From: Parcubacteria group bacterium
GTDB taxonomy: Bacteria > Patescibacteriota > Minisyncoccia > Phycocordibacterales > CSBR16-119
Direction: 5' to 3'
Assembly (NCBI GenBank): GCA_943356745.1
Contig: CALRFT010000004.1
Location: 16,269-80,268 of the forward strand
Length of the DNA: 64,000 bases
Of this stretch, positions 56,043 to 63,853 are shown piece by piece. A program made the position numbers and the translations under genes. Position 1 is the stretch's first letter. Each line of letters opens with the position of its first letter. The notes under the pieces were generated by a model that was not told where the DNA came from, ran no database searches, and saw nothing but the letters and a program-made list of their open reading frames with translations.

Positions 56043-56528
56043 TGACTTTATGTCTTTGTTTTTGCTACAGTATGGTCAAGAAAGGTTCACAGAAAACAAA
56101 AAACATAGCAAGTGTTTCATCAGGAATGTTATCCCTGTCTATCACACGCACTTTTGATAGACTTAAATAGCTTGAGGATGGGATCGGTTTACGTTCCTAT
56201 CACGACACTTTCCGAAATTGTCACAAGTCTGAATTATTACAATTCAGCATTCTAAACATTGTTTCACTTTACATGTTCTTCTTTTCTTCCCAGATCTTTT
56301 TCAACATCATATATATACATCATACATATACCGATTTTCCTTTCTCCAGCTTTCATATCTTTTCTTCTCACATTTCCCGCCTTTTCCTTTCATTTTCCTT
56401 CTTCTTCACATTCTCTTTCCTTCATCCTTGCTCCTTTCTTCCTCTCTTTCGGTATTATGATTTCATATATATTGTATATTGTTCTTTCTTTCAACGCTTG
56501 GCGATCCTTTTGGATCGCCGTTTCTTTT
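56043..56528 (+). ncRNA. Candidate ~450-nt non-coding transcript containing a ~180-nt almost G-free CU-rich tract (about 56270-56450).
   Basis: Promoter-like TTGACT-18-TACAGT at 56043-56072. Internal hairpin TGAATTATTACAATTCA. A polypyrimidine tract, then the terminator GGCGATCCTTTTGGATCGCC + T-run (56500-56528). The only ORFs here (56259..56579 and 56273..56542) are low-complexity F/S/L/P artefacts of the tract. Confidence 0.3.
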
Positions 56529-56840
56529 TGTGTTTTATATGAGTTGTATTTTTATATAATTGTGATATTGTTTTACTGAACCAAAACCAAATGTTCTATG
56601 AACTATCTTTCCACTTCAAATCAATGGATTATAGGAGAATACTTTTTTGTAGCATCTCTCGTGGTCATTACATTTTTTGTTTTATGTCGTCGAGACTTCA
56701 AAAAAATATTGTCATCTCAACAAGATGACAAATCTGAAGACTAGACGTCTGATGTAAAAATACAACATATTAGTGTTGGAGGTTTGATTTCCCTCGCACC
56801 TTTGATTAATAAAACGGGTTATGAGAAGGTGTGCAATTTG

Positions 56841-56870
56841 CCAGTGAGTATAACGAGCTCACTGGTTTTT
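56841..56870 (+). terminator. Terminator CCAGTGAGTATAACGAGCTCACTGG + T7, closing a short unit that includes the palindrome TTGTCATCTCAACAAGATGACAA (56708-56730).
   Basis: 8-bp stem plus T-run. Confidence 0.6.
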
Positions 56871-56874
56871 TTAT

Positions 56875-57232
56875 TTCTTGCAAAATTATTTTGAGAAAGT
56901 ATTATACAAAATGGCCATAACCCCCATATCTTTAAACAGTGGTTTCAAACAGGATATGGTGCCAACCGACAACAAACGTGTTGTCGGTTTTTTCTTTACA
57001 AAAATTTTATTGAGTGTTATCTTACAAGTATAGTTAGTAAAAATTCTCAGTCTTTGAGAATTATGTGGATTAGTTTTCAGTTTAGTAATCAAAACCGACA
57101 GTAAACGTACTGTCGGTTTTTTTATTTGCAAATTATTCATTTTATAGTATTGTTTTATACAAGGTCTCTTGTCTGGTAATCTATCCAGCATGATGTAGAG
57201 GGCGACAGCAAACGTGCTGTCGCCTTTTTAAA
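56875..57232 (+). ncRNA. Three tandem ~110-130-bp promoter / hairpin / terminator units (sRNA-like paralogs). Each ends in a related 22-nt hairpin with compensatory substitutions (CCGACAACAAACGTGTTGTCGG at 56966-56987, CCGACAGTAAACGTACTGTCGG at 57095-57116, GCGACAGCAAACGTGCTGTCGC at 57202-57223) followed by a T-run.
   Basis: Each unit begins with a TTGCAA/TTTACA -35-like box and a TAT-containing -10-like box. Each contains a distinct 5' hairpin (CCATATC..GATATGG, AATTCTCAG..TGAGAATT, CTGG..CCAG). Confidence 0.35.
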
Positions 57233-57376
57233 TTCAGAAAAAGTTTCCAAAAGAAAACAAGTCAAAAATAAAAAGAAAATCCGCCTTATGTCAAAGCGGA
57301 TTTTCTTTTTCCCTCACAATTTCCCAAGAGGGGTGTTCATTGTTAAAAATCAAAAAATAATGCATTATTTATAGTA

Positions 57377-60079
57377 ATGATTACAAAAAACGAAATTCGA
57401 AATAGAGCACTTGCTTTTTCAAAAGAGTGGGAGCGAGAAATAAGTGAAGACGCAGAAGCAAAAAGTTTTTGGGATGGGTTTTTTGATGTATTCGGACTTT
57501 CTCGTCGTCGAGTTGCTTCTTTTGAGTATCAAGTAAAAAAGCAAGATGGCGGACAAGGATTTATAGACGTTCTTTGGAAGGGTGTTATGCTTGCTGAGCA
57601 TAAATCAAAAGGAAAAAACCTCGACAAAGCATTTACTCAAGCAAAAGATTATTTTCCGGGTCTTAAAGATTCTGAGCTTCCCCGCTATATTGTTGTGTCT
57701 GATTTTGAAAAAATTCGTCTTTATGATTTAGAAAAAGAAACAGAAAACGAATTTCTTCTTAAAGATCTTTCAAAAAATATTCACTTGTTTGATTTTATCT
57801 CTGGACACATTTCAGAAATAGACTACGGACACGAAGAAGAGGTGAGTATTAAAGGCGCAAAACTAATGGCAGATTTTCACAATGAAATCGCCAAAACAGG
57901 TTATTCTGGTCACGAACTCGAAGTATTTCTTATCCGTGTGCTTTTCTGTTTGTTTGCAGATGATACTGGTATTTTTGAAAAAGGATTATTCAGAAATTAT
58001 ATTTCAAACAGAATAAACAAAGATGGTTCTGACCTTGGTCTTCATCTTGGACAGATTTTTCATATTCTCAATACTTCACAAGAAAAAAGACAAACAACCA
58101 CAGATGAGCAACTCATGAAATTCCCATACATAAACGGAGGAATTTTTGCTGAAAATTTGTCGCCGGTTTCTCTTGATGTCACAGCATATCTCAAGCTTTT
58201 AAAATGTTGTGAGTTTGATTGGTCTGGAATTTCTGCTTCTATTTTTGGCTCACTTTTCCAGGGTGTGATGGATGAAAAATCTAGAAGACAGCTCGGAGCT
58301 CACTATACTTCAGAATTAAATATCTTGAAGGTAATTCACCCGCTTTTCTTGGACGAGCTATATATTGAATTCGACAAAGCAAAGCATGACAGAAAAAAAC
58401 TTGAGAAATTTCATGAATATTTAACCACACTTACATTTCTTGATCCTGCCTGTGGTTGCGGAAACTTCCTCGTAACTTCATACCGAGAACTTCGTCGACT
58501 TGAACTTGAAGTTTTGAAAAAGCTTCGCAAGGACCAGAAAATGGTTCTTTTTGGCGCAGAAGATATTTCAAAAATTCAAGTAAACCAATTTTACGGAATA
58601 GAAATAGAAGAATTCCCAGCACTCGTAGCGCGCACTGCGATGTATTTGGTGGATCATCAAATGAATATGGAGCTTTCAGAAACATTCGGGCAGGCGTACG
58701 CTCGTATTCCGCTTCGTGAACCTGCAACTATCGTGCACGCAGATGCGCTTGCAATAGACTGGGAAGAAGTAATTTCAAAAGATAAGCTTTCGTATATTCT
58801 TGGTAATCCACCTTTTGTTGGTGCTCAGATTATGAGTAAGGATCAAAAAGAAAACCTAACAAAAGTATTTGAAGATGCAAAAAATGTAGGGAATTTAGAC
58901 TTTGTTACTGCGTGGTATGAAAAGGCTGCGAATTACACACAAGGTACAAATATCAAAACAGCTTTTGTGTCCACGAACAGTATTTGCCAAGGTGAACAAG
59001 TGGGAATTCTCTGGAAAAGACTCAAAGAAAAATACGGCGTAGTTATTCATTTTGCACATCAAACATTCAAATGGAATAACGACGCGCCAGGTGTGGCGGC
59101 AGTGTATTGCGTGATTGTTGGATTTGCAACTTTTGATACTCCAAAGAAATATCTTTTTGAATACGAAACAATAAAAAGTGAACCAAAAGAAAAAGAGGTA
59201 GAAGATATAAACGGATACTTAGTTTCTGGACCAAGCGTCTTTGTTGAAAAAAGAACAAAGCCAATTTGTAATGTTCCCAGTATTATAAAGGGGAATTATT
59301 ATGCAAAAAGCGAAGGTTTGATTGTTGAGGAAAAAGATTTAGATTTTTTAATAAAAAATGAACCAAATGCACAAAAATATATAAAACTTTTGATAGGGGC
59401 AGAAGAATTTATAAACAATAAAAAACGTTATTGTCTTTGGTTGGTTGATTGCCCTCCTGATGAACTGAGAAAAATGCCTTTAGTTTTGGAACGGGTTAAT
59501 CGTGTTAGAGAAGATAGACTTAAAAGTACTGATAAAGGAATGCAAAATCTTGCACCAACACGTTTTAGAGAAACAAATAACCCAGACATTGCACTAGTTG
59601 TTCCAGTGGTTTCTTCTGAGAAAAGAAAATATATTCCGATAGGATTTATTGATAACGATACAATTTCAACAAACGGAAATTTAATAATCCCAAATGCAGA
59701 AATATATCATTTTGGAGTTCTAGAATCACTCATGCACATGACTTGGGTAAATTATACCTGTGGACGACTCAAAAGTGATTTTCGATATTCAAAAGATATT
59801 GTTTACAACAACTTTCCTTGGCCCGAAAATGTGACCGAAGAACAAAAGAAAAAAGTAGAAGAATCTGCTCAAAAAGTTTTGGATACTCGAGCGCAATTCC
59901 CAAATAGTTCACTTGCAGATTTATACGATCCAAATACTATGCCACCAGAATTAGTAAAAGCTCACGATGAGCTCGATAGGGTCGTGGACGCTTGTTATGG
60001 AAGAAAATTTGCCAACAAAGAAGATCGAATCGAATTTTTATTTGATTTGTATAAAAAGTATATTTCTGGTAAAAAGTAG
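57377..60079 (+). CDS. Type IIG restriction-modification enzyme (MmeI-like fused endonuclease / N6-adenine methyltransferase / specificity domain).
   Basis: N-terminal PD-(D/E)xK-like nuclease region. Gamma-class MTase motifs (LDPACGCGNFLV and NPPFVG). Helical spacer and C-terminal TRD. 900 aa. Confidence 0.85.
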   Translation: MITKNEIRNRALAFSKEWEREISEDAEAKSFWDGFFDVFGLSRRRVASFEYQVKKQDGGQGFIDVLWKGVMLAEHKSKGKNLDKAFTQAKDYFPGLKDSELPRYIVVSDFEKIRLYDLEKETENEFLLKDLSKNIHLFDFISGHISEIDYGHEEEVSIKGAKLMADFHNEIAKTGYSGHELEVFLIRVLFCLFADDTGIFEKGLFRNYISNRINKDGSDLGLHLGQIFHILNTSQEKRQTTTDEQLMKFPYINGGIFAENLSPVSLDVTAYLKLLKCCEFDWSGISASIFGSLFQGVMDEKSRRQLGAHYTSELNILKVIHPLFLDELYIEFDKAKHDRKKLEKFHEYLTTLTFLDPACGCGNFLVTSYRELRRLELEVLKKLRKDQKMVLFGAEDISKIQVNQFYGIEIEEFPALVARTAMYLVDHQMNMELSETFGQAYARIPLREPATIVHADALAIDWEEVISKDKLSYILGNPPFVGAQIMSKDQKENLTKVFEDAKNVGNLDFVTAWYEKAANYTQGTNIKTAFVSTNSICQGEQVGILWKRLKEKYGVVIHFAHQTFKWNNDAPGVAAVYCVIVGFATFDTPKKYLFEYETIKSEPKEKEVEDINGYLVSGPSVFVEKRTKPICNVPSIIKGNYYAKSEGLIVEEKDLDFLIKNEPNAQKYIKLLIGAEEFINNKKRYCLWLVDCPPDELRKMPLVLERVNRVREDRLKSTDKGMQNLAPTRFRETNNPDIALVVPVVSSEKRKYIPIGFIDNDTISTNGNLIIPNAEIYHFGVLESLMHMTWVNYTCGRLKSDFRYSKDIVYNNFPWPENVTEEQKKKVEESAQKVLDTRAQFPNSSLADLYDPNTMPPELVKAHDELDRVVDACYGRKFANKEDRIEFLFDLYKKYISGKK

Positions 60080-60115
60080 TTTCCCCATAATTAAAAATTA
60101 AAATGTGGGAAAATA

Positions 60116-60190
60116 AAAACAGGCAACTAGTATGCCTGTTTAGTGAAAACATTATTTTAGATTAACGACTTTCGCGAGTCGTTTTTCTAT
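60116..60190 (+). terminator. Two consecutive terminators after the R-M gene (AACAGGCAACTAGTATGCCTGTT and ACGACTTTCGCGAGTCGT + T-run).
   Basis: Inverted repeats with T-runs. The second lies inside the 3' end of the minus-strand 76-aa ORF. Confidence 0.55.
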
Positions 60191-60392
60191 TTTTGTCCGT
60201 GATTAAATCATTAAGAGATTGTATCCCTGTCTTTTCAAGGAATGTTCCGAGGTGCATATCTCCACGTACTCCAAAATCTCGTCCATATTGTTTCTCGATA
60301 GTTTTCATGTGTGTGTCGTTTCGTTTATCTCGAAGTTGTCCGTCTTGATTTCGTGTGCGATAACCTTTCATACCCGCTGCGTCTGTCGCCAT
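60162..60392 (-). CDS. Hypothetical 76-aa hydrophilic protein.
   Basis: ORF with a plausible upstream GGAG. No family recognised. Its 3' end overlaps a plus-strand terminator hairpin, so it may be spurious. Confidence 0.35.
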   Translation of the reverse strand: MATDAAGMKGYRTRNQDGQLRDKRNDTHMKTIEKQYGRDFGVRGDMHLGTFLEKTGIQSLNDLITDKNRKTTRESR

Positions 60393-60481
60393 AGTTTTAT
60401 TTGTCCTAATTTGTAAAATCTCCCGACTGTAACTAGTATTGATGGGTGAGGAGATATCCCCATGTCTATATTATACCATGT

Positions 60482-60514
60482 TGACATTGTATATACAATG
60501 TATATACTATAAAT
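60482..60514 (+). promoter_or_regulatory. Promoter TTGACA-17-TATACT of the toxin-antitoxin operon, with the perfect 12-bp palindrome TTGTATATACAA as a candidate autoregulatory operator in the spacer.
   Basis: Read directly. Confidence 0.5.
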
Positions 60515-60766
60515 ATGACAACATTAAACATAAGAATTGATGAAAAACTAAAAAAACAAGCAGCAAAAACCTTTGCTTCTTTGGGTATGGATACCTCTTC
60601 TGCTGTTAAGATGTTTTTGACTCAGACGGTAATAGAAAAGGGTTTACCTTTTACGCCCACTCAAGATCCTGCAAAGATACGAGCAAAATGGGACAGAGAA
60701 GTAGTACAAGCTTTAAAGATAAGTAAGAGTTATAAGACTGGTACTGAGGCACTTGCTGATTTATAA
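60515..60766 (+). CDS. dinJ: Type II antitoxin, RelB/DinJ family.
   Basis: MTTLNIRIDEKLKKQAAKTFASLGMDTSSAVKMFLTQTVIEKGLPF is an RHH antitoxin fold typical of DinJ. Confidence 0.8.
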   Translation: MTTLNIRIDEKLKKQAAKTFASLGMDTSSAVKMFLTQTVIEKGLPFTPTQDPAKIRAKWDREVVQALKISKSYKTGTEALADL

Positions 60767-60773
60767 TTAGTAT

Positions 60774-61058
60774 ATGTATCTGCTTCGTAGAACAAAAAAA
60801 TTTGAAAAATCTTTTAAGAAAATTTCTAAAGGATATAATAAAACCACTCTTAAAAAAGAAGTTGCTGTGGCGATTGATATTCTTGCGTCTGGTGAAAAAC
60901 TTTCAATCAAGTATCGAGACCATGCATTAAAAGGTGAATTAAAAGGATATAGAGAGTGTCATGTTCGTCCCGATATTTTGCTTATTTATAAAATAGAACA
61001 TGAAGAACTTATACTAGTTTTGGTTGATATTGGTACACACGCAAGTCTTTTTGGTTAA
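60774..61058 (+). CDS. yafQ: Type II toxin, RelE/YafQ family mRNA interferase.
   Basis: DHALKGELKGYRECHVRPDILLIYKIE...LVLVDIGTHASLF matches the YafQ catalytic core. It lies 8 nt after dinJ. Confidence 0.8.
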   Translation: MYLLRRTKKFEKSFKKISKGYNKTTLKKEVAVAIDILASGEKLSIKYRDHALKGELKGYRECHVRPDILLIYKIEHEELILVLVDIGTHASLFG

Positions 61059-61103
61059 AATCATTTCACAAGAAATTTATATATCTATTTTAATAAAACA
61101 CCT

Positions 61104-61466
61104 ATGCAAAACGATTCATACAAAGAAACATTGAGTGAAGAAGAGTACAGAGTGCTTCGGGAAAAGGGAACAGAAGCGCCTTTTTCTGGACGTTCGATAG
61201 AACCAGGTTCTGATGGAAATTTTCATTGCAAGGCGTGTGGGAATGCTTTGTTTAGTAAAGATGCAAAGTTTGAATCCGGCACAGGGTGGCCGAGTTTTGA
61301 CCAAGCTCTTCCAAACGCTATTGTTGAGATTCCAGATGATTCACACGGAATGCATCGGGTGGAGATTGTCTGCGCTAAGTGTTCTTCACATTTAGGTCAT
61401 GTCTTTCCGGATGGTCCGACGCAAACAGGTTTGAGATATTGTACAAACTCAGTGTGTTTTGAGTAG
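61104..61466 (+). CDS. msrB: Peptide-methionine (R)-S-oxide reductase MsrB.
   Basis: Two CxxC zinc motifs (HCKACGNALF, VCAKCSSHLGHVF) and the catalytic RYCTNSV. Confidence 0.9.
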   Translation: MQNDSYKETLSEEEYRVLREKGTEAPFSGRSIEPGSDGNFHCKACGNALFSKDAKFESGTGWPSFDQALPNAIVEIPDDSHGMHRVEIVCAKCSSHLGHVFPDGPTQTGLRYCTNSVCFE

Positions 61467-61483
61467 AAGAGGGAAATAACAAA

Positions 61484-61506
61484 CCCCCGCGACGAAGTCG
61501 CGGGGG
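61484..61506. repeat. GC-rich hairpin CCCCCGCGACGAAGTCGCGGGGG + T-run. Member 1 of a 3-copy family; the others are CCCCCGCACGAAGTGCGGGGG at 62407-62427 and 63420-63440.
   Basis: Near-identical 21-23-nt palindromes, each at a gene end and flanked by A and T runs (bidirectional terminators). Confidence 0.8.
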
Positions 61507-61537
61507 TTTTGTTTCTTTAAGATGCTACAATGTATAT

Positions 61538-61933
61538 ATGAATTCTTTTAACTGGTATCAAACTCTCGTAAAGCCAACATGGGCACCACCTTCATGGATC
61601 TTTGGTCCGGTGTGGACTTTTTTGTACGCTGTTATTTTTGTTTCCTATGGATTTGTTTTTTACAAAGTCTACACAAAAGAAATACCACTTGTGGTTGCTG
61701 TTCCCTTTGTTTTGAATCTCATTTTTAATTTTTCTTTTACCTATTTTCAATTTGTTTTGAAAAATAATCTTTTTGCTTCAATCGATATTCTTTTGGTCTT
61801 AGGAACACTCATCTGGGCTTTGTTTGCAATTTTCCCATACGCGAGTTGGGTTTCTTGGATCAATATTCCATACCTTCTTTGGGTTTTGTTTGCCACCATA
61901 TTACAAATCACTATCACGGTTCTTAACGCATAG
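61538..61933 (+). CDS. tspO: TspO/MBR-family tryptophan-rich sensory protein.
   Basis: WYQTLVKPTWAPPSWIFGPVWTFLY plus four further hydrophobic helices. Confidence 0.8.
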   Translation: MNSFNWYQTLVKPTWAPPSWIFGPVWTFLYAVIFVSYGFVFYKVYTKEIPLVVAVPFVLNLIFNFSFTYFQFVLKNNLFASIDILLVLGTLIWALFAIFPYASWVSWINIPYLLWVLFATILQITITVLNA

Positions 61934-61950
61934 GTGTGAGATAGAAAACT

Positions 61951-62385
61951 ATGAATGAATTTTTTTCAATTTTTATAACCATAGCTGGTTTTGTGATAGG
62001 ACTCGGTGCGGTGACTGTTGTCGACCTGCACGGTTTTCTTGGTCGCAAGTCACCATACTGGACAGAGGCAACCACCAGAACACACAAGATAACAAAACCA
62101 TTGATTTGGATTGGGATATTGCTAGTTTCGTTTGGGCTTATGTCTTTTTACAAAGAAAGCAGCCCGTCTTCTTTGCTTCATATACTTTTGGTGGGTGTGC
62201 TTGTTGTGAACGGATGTTTCTTGAGCTTTTGGGTGAGTCCGTTTTTGCTTGCGAGAGAAAAAAGGGGAGAACAAAAAAATCTTCTACCAAAGTCTTGGCA
62301 AAGAAAAATTACCATAAGTTTCCTGGTGTCGTTTGTGGGTTGGTGGGGATCTCTCGCTTTGTTTGTTTCACAGCTGGTTCGATGA
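61951..62385 (+). CDS. Hypothetical four-transmembrane-helix membrane protein.
   Basis: 144-aa ORF, terminated by GC-hairpin copy 2. Confidence 0.5.
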   Translation: MNEFFSIFITIAGFVIGLGAVTVVDLHGFLGRKSPYWTEATTRTHKITKPLIWIGILLVSFGLMSFYKESSPSSLLHILLVGVLVVNGCFLSFWVSPFLLAREKRGEQKNLLPKSWQRKITISFLVSFVGWWGSLALFVSQLVR

Positions 62386-62433
62386 TTTTTGTATTGATGA
62401 AACAAACCCCCGCACGAAGTGCGGGGGTTTGTT

Positions 62434-62790
62434 TTAGTTTTGACTTACAAAATAGTCTCGAAATTGAAGATTTCTTTGTTCGATATATTTCACAATACCA
62501 GGATGTTTTTTTTGGATTTCATCCGTAAGTTCTATGATTCTTGATTGAATATCTTTCACTCTCTCCTCTGCAACCTCTGGTATACTTGCAAGCGCACTTC
62601 GGATATCTTGTTTTTGTTGTGTGAGTTCTATGAGTTCAGAAATAATTTCAAAAAGTTCTTCGTCCTTTTCCACTACCTCAAGAGTGAGGATATTCTCTTT
62701 CAAATCATTTATAAGCGCTTGTAATGTTTTGTCTCGGATAATATCTCCTTGTTCTTTAATTTTTGTTTCAATGGGATTAAGTTTTTCCAT
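62434..62790 (-). CDS. Hypothetical 118-aa helical/coiled-coil protein.
   Basis: ORF ending at GC-hairpin copy 2 (convergent). Confidence 0.5.
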   Translation of the reverse strand: MEKLNPIETKIKEQGDIIRDKTLQALINDLKENILTLEVVEKDEELFEIISELIELTQQKQDIRSALASIPEVAEERVKDIQSRIIELTDEIQKKHPGIVKYIEQRNLQFRDYFVSQN

Positions 62791-62871
62791 ATGTATATAT
62801 TATATAGCTTTTTGAGGAGAGTATGTTGTGTTTTGAATTTTGGTATGTATAATCAATCAAAACAACAGAAC

Positions 62872-63414
62872 ATGACAGGAGAAAAACAAGCTATTAAGAC
62901 AATCGAAGAAGCGATTGCTTTGGTGAACAAAAAATGGATTTTTGATCCAGCGAAATATCCAAAACTCCGATCCCTCACAGAAAAAGGTCGTTTGGAGTTT
63001 AAGCTCAAACATACCTTCTCGCTTATGTGTGAATGTAAGGATCTTTATTATCTTGAAGATGATTTTAAAACAAAACTTTCAATGATTCTCTTTTCTTTCG
63101 AGGGCGAAGAACAGTTTTTCAAACTTTTCATTATTTGTGCAAAGTTTGTTGAACTTTTGGAGATTGAAATTTCCGAGATTCAGCCGTTAGCAAAGCAAAG
63201 TGATAATGTTCAAGAGGAATATAATACTTGTATTCACGACATGACTTTGGTTTTTGAATGGCTTGATGATAACGATGAATTTCTTCCCAAGAATGAAAAA
63301 GAAAACTTGAAGAAAAGCATCCTCAAGTTTATGCCACATCTTCTTTCTTTTGAGCATGTGGAAAATCCTTGGGAGTATCTGAACAAGAATCTTCGAGAGT
63401 TTCTGAAACAATGA
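62872..63414 (+). CDS. Hypothetical 180-aa protein.
   Basis: The start is reassigned to MTGEKQ downstream of a TATAAT at about 62849 (the ORF-track start at 62749 overlaps the divergent gene). Ends at GC-hairpin copy 3. Confidence 0.5.
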   Translation: MTGEKQAIKTIEEAIALVNKKWIFDPAKYPKLRSLTEKGRLEFKLKHTFSLMCECKDLYYLEDDFKTKLSMILFSFEGEEQFFKLFIICAKFVELLEIEISEIQPLAKQSDNVQEEYNTCIHDMTLVFEWLDDNDEFLPKNEKENLKKSILKFMPHLLSFEHVENPWEYLNKNLREFLKQ

Positions 63415-63511
63415 AAAAGCCCCCGCACGAAGTGCGGGGGTGTTTTTATATACAATAAAAAAACCACCTTCCGAAGAAGATGGTTTTGACGGCACTTTGG
63501 AACAATAAATA

Positions 63512-63853
63512 TTAACCAAAGTGCTTAAGAGAAAACGTGGTCAGTTCAGCATTTCGATATTTTTGCAATATTTCGAGAATGTAGTTTTTTACAATTACAC
63601 CAAGAATGATTGCGATGAAAATATTCCACGGTCCGGCTGGAATTTCAATCATTTGATTGAGAATCCAAAACACTGGAAGCCCGGGAAACAAGCTAAATAC
63701 TGCAATTGTGGCGTTTATACCCCAGATCGGTTTTTTCCATCTTTGAATTTGTTTTGCATGAGATAGTGTAACAGCAAAACCTGTGAAAAATACCAAAAGG
63801 GAAACAACAAAAATCCAATACAAAAGTGTCATAAGAATGTGTGAAATATCCAT
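63512..63853 (-). CDS. Hypothetical membrane protein (three or four transmembrane helices).
   Basis: 113-aa ORF. Confidence 0.5.
   Translation of the reverse strand: MDISHILMTLLYWIFVVSLLVFFTGFAVTLSHAKQIQRWKKPIWGINATIAVFSLFPGLPVFWILNQMIEIPAGPWNIFIAIILGVIVKNYILEILQKYRNAELTTFSLKHFG

Noticed and set aside
56259-56579. ORFs 56259..56579(+) and 56273..56542(+), translating to F/S/L/P-rich proteins
   Set aside because: They lie entirely in the G-free CU-rich tract. Their composition is pure low complexity, two overlapping frames are equally open, and there is no start context. These are artefacts of the polypyrimidine run, not coding.
56966-57224. Possible CRISPR array (three related hairpin repeats at about 110-130-bp spacing)
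   Set aside because: The repeats are not identical. Each is followed by a U-run (terminator-like). The spacing is far longer than CRISPR spacers. Each unit has promoter-like boxes. No cas genes are nearby.
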